The translations under genes were made by a program, and so were the position numbers. The notes below the pieces were generated by a model. It saw only the letters and a list, made by a program, of their open reading frames with translations, was not told the DNA's origin and did not search any database. Below are positions 63,355 through 64,000 of a stretch of DNA of 64,000 nt, piece after piece. Numbering within the stretch: the first letter of the stretch is position 1; every line of letters begins with the position of its first letter. Source of the stretch: Lama glama (Eukaryota); assembly GCA_028534125.1 (NCBI GenBank), contig CM052816.1:5334001-5398000 (forward strand). The letters run 5' to 3'.

Positions 63355-64000
63355 CATGGTTATCTATTTTTAAAAATCCTAAGGACTCTACAAAAACACT
63401 AGTAGGACTAATGAGTTCAGCAGTGTCACAGGATACAAAGTTGACCTATGAAAACCAATTGTTTCTAAATACCAGCAATGAAACATTGGAAATGGAAATA
63501 AAAAAAAAATACCACTTACAATGGCATCAAAAATACTAACTACTTAAGGGATAAATTTAACAAAACTGTGCAAGACCTATTCACTGAAAACTACAAAATA
63601 CTGCAGAGAGAAGCCAAAGATCTAAACAAAGAGAGAGATATATCAAATTTATGGATCAGAAGACTAGGTGTTAAAATGTCGATCATCTCAAAATTGATCT
63701 AGAGACTCAGTGCAGTGTTTGTAGAAACTGACATGCACGGGCTCTAGAAGAACAGCTAAAACAATTTAGAAAAAGAGGAGTAAAGTTGGAGAACTTAATA
63801 TGTCCTAATTTCAAGGACTGCACTAGGGCTACAGTGACCAAGGGAGGATGGTTCTTGAGTAAAGAAAGAGATGTGATCAACAGGAATGGAGAGGAGAGTC
63901 TGGATATATAAGAAGCTGGTTATGAACAAAGGTGGCTACAGAAATCCAATGTGGAAAGGATAATCTTACCAACACATGGTGTCCAAAAATTAGGTATCCA
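63355..64000 (+). mobile_element. Old L1 ORF2 fragment
   Basis: AAAATCCTAAGGACTCTACAAAA...GGGATAAATTTAACAAAA...CTGAAAACTACAAAATACTG; many frameshifts. Confidence 0.8.

Overview
This is mammalian genomic DNA, most likely from a camelid (four copies of a tRNA-Ala(AGC)-derived, Vic-1-like SINE plus cetartiodactyl-type L1 3' ends). The whole window lies inside GALNT10 (polypeptide N-acetylgalactosaminyltransferase 10) on the minus strand. Three coding exons (by homology exons 2, 3 and 4: 51035-51137, 47728-47866, 26022-26188) have canonical GT-AG ends and splice into one open frame; exons 1 and 5 lie outside the window. The rest is intron containing MIR, L2, L1, MER5/MER33/MER102-type DNA transposons, MaLR/ERVL and ERV1-like solo LTRs, microsatellites, repeat-poor motif-rich stretches and two 500-N gaps. 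I found no support for a new multi-gene system; almost all ORFs in the track are noise or L1 remnants. The most interesting observations are a head-to-head pair of L1 3' ends forming a long hairpin inside one candidate TSD, a strong in-frame alternative acceptor 21 nt upstream of exon 2, the apparent non-hairpin orthologue of human MIR1294, and a solo LTR with a phased CCAAT array plus two octamers. Repeat family names come from recognition, not a database search, and boundaries of old repeats are approximate.
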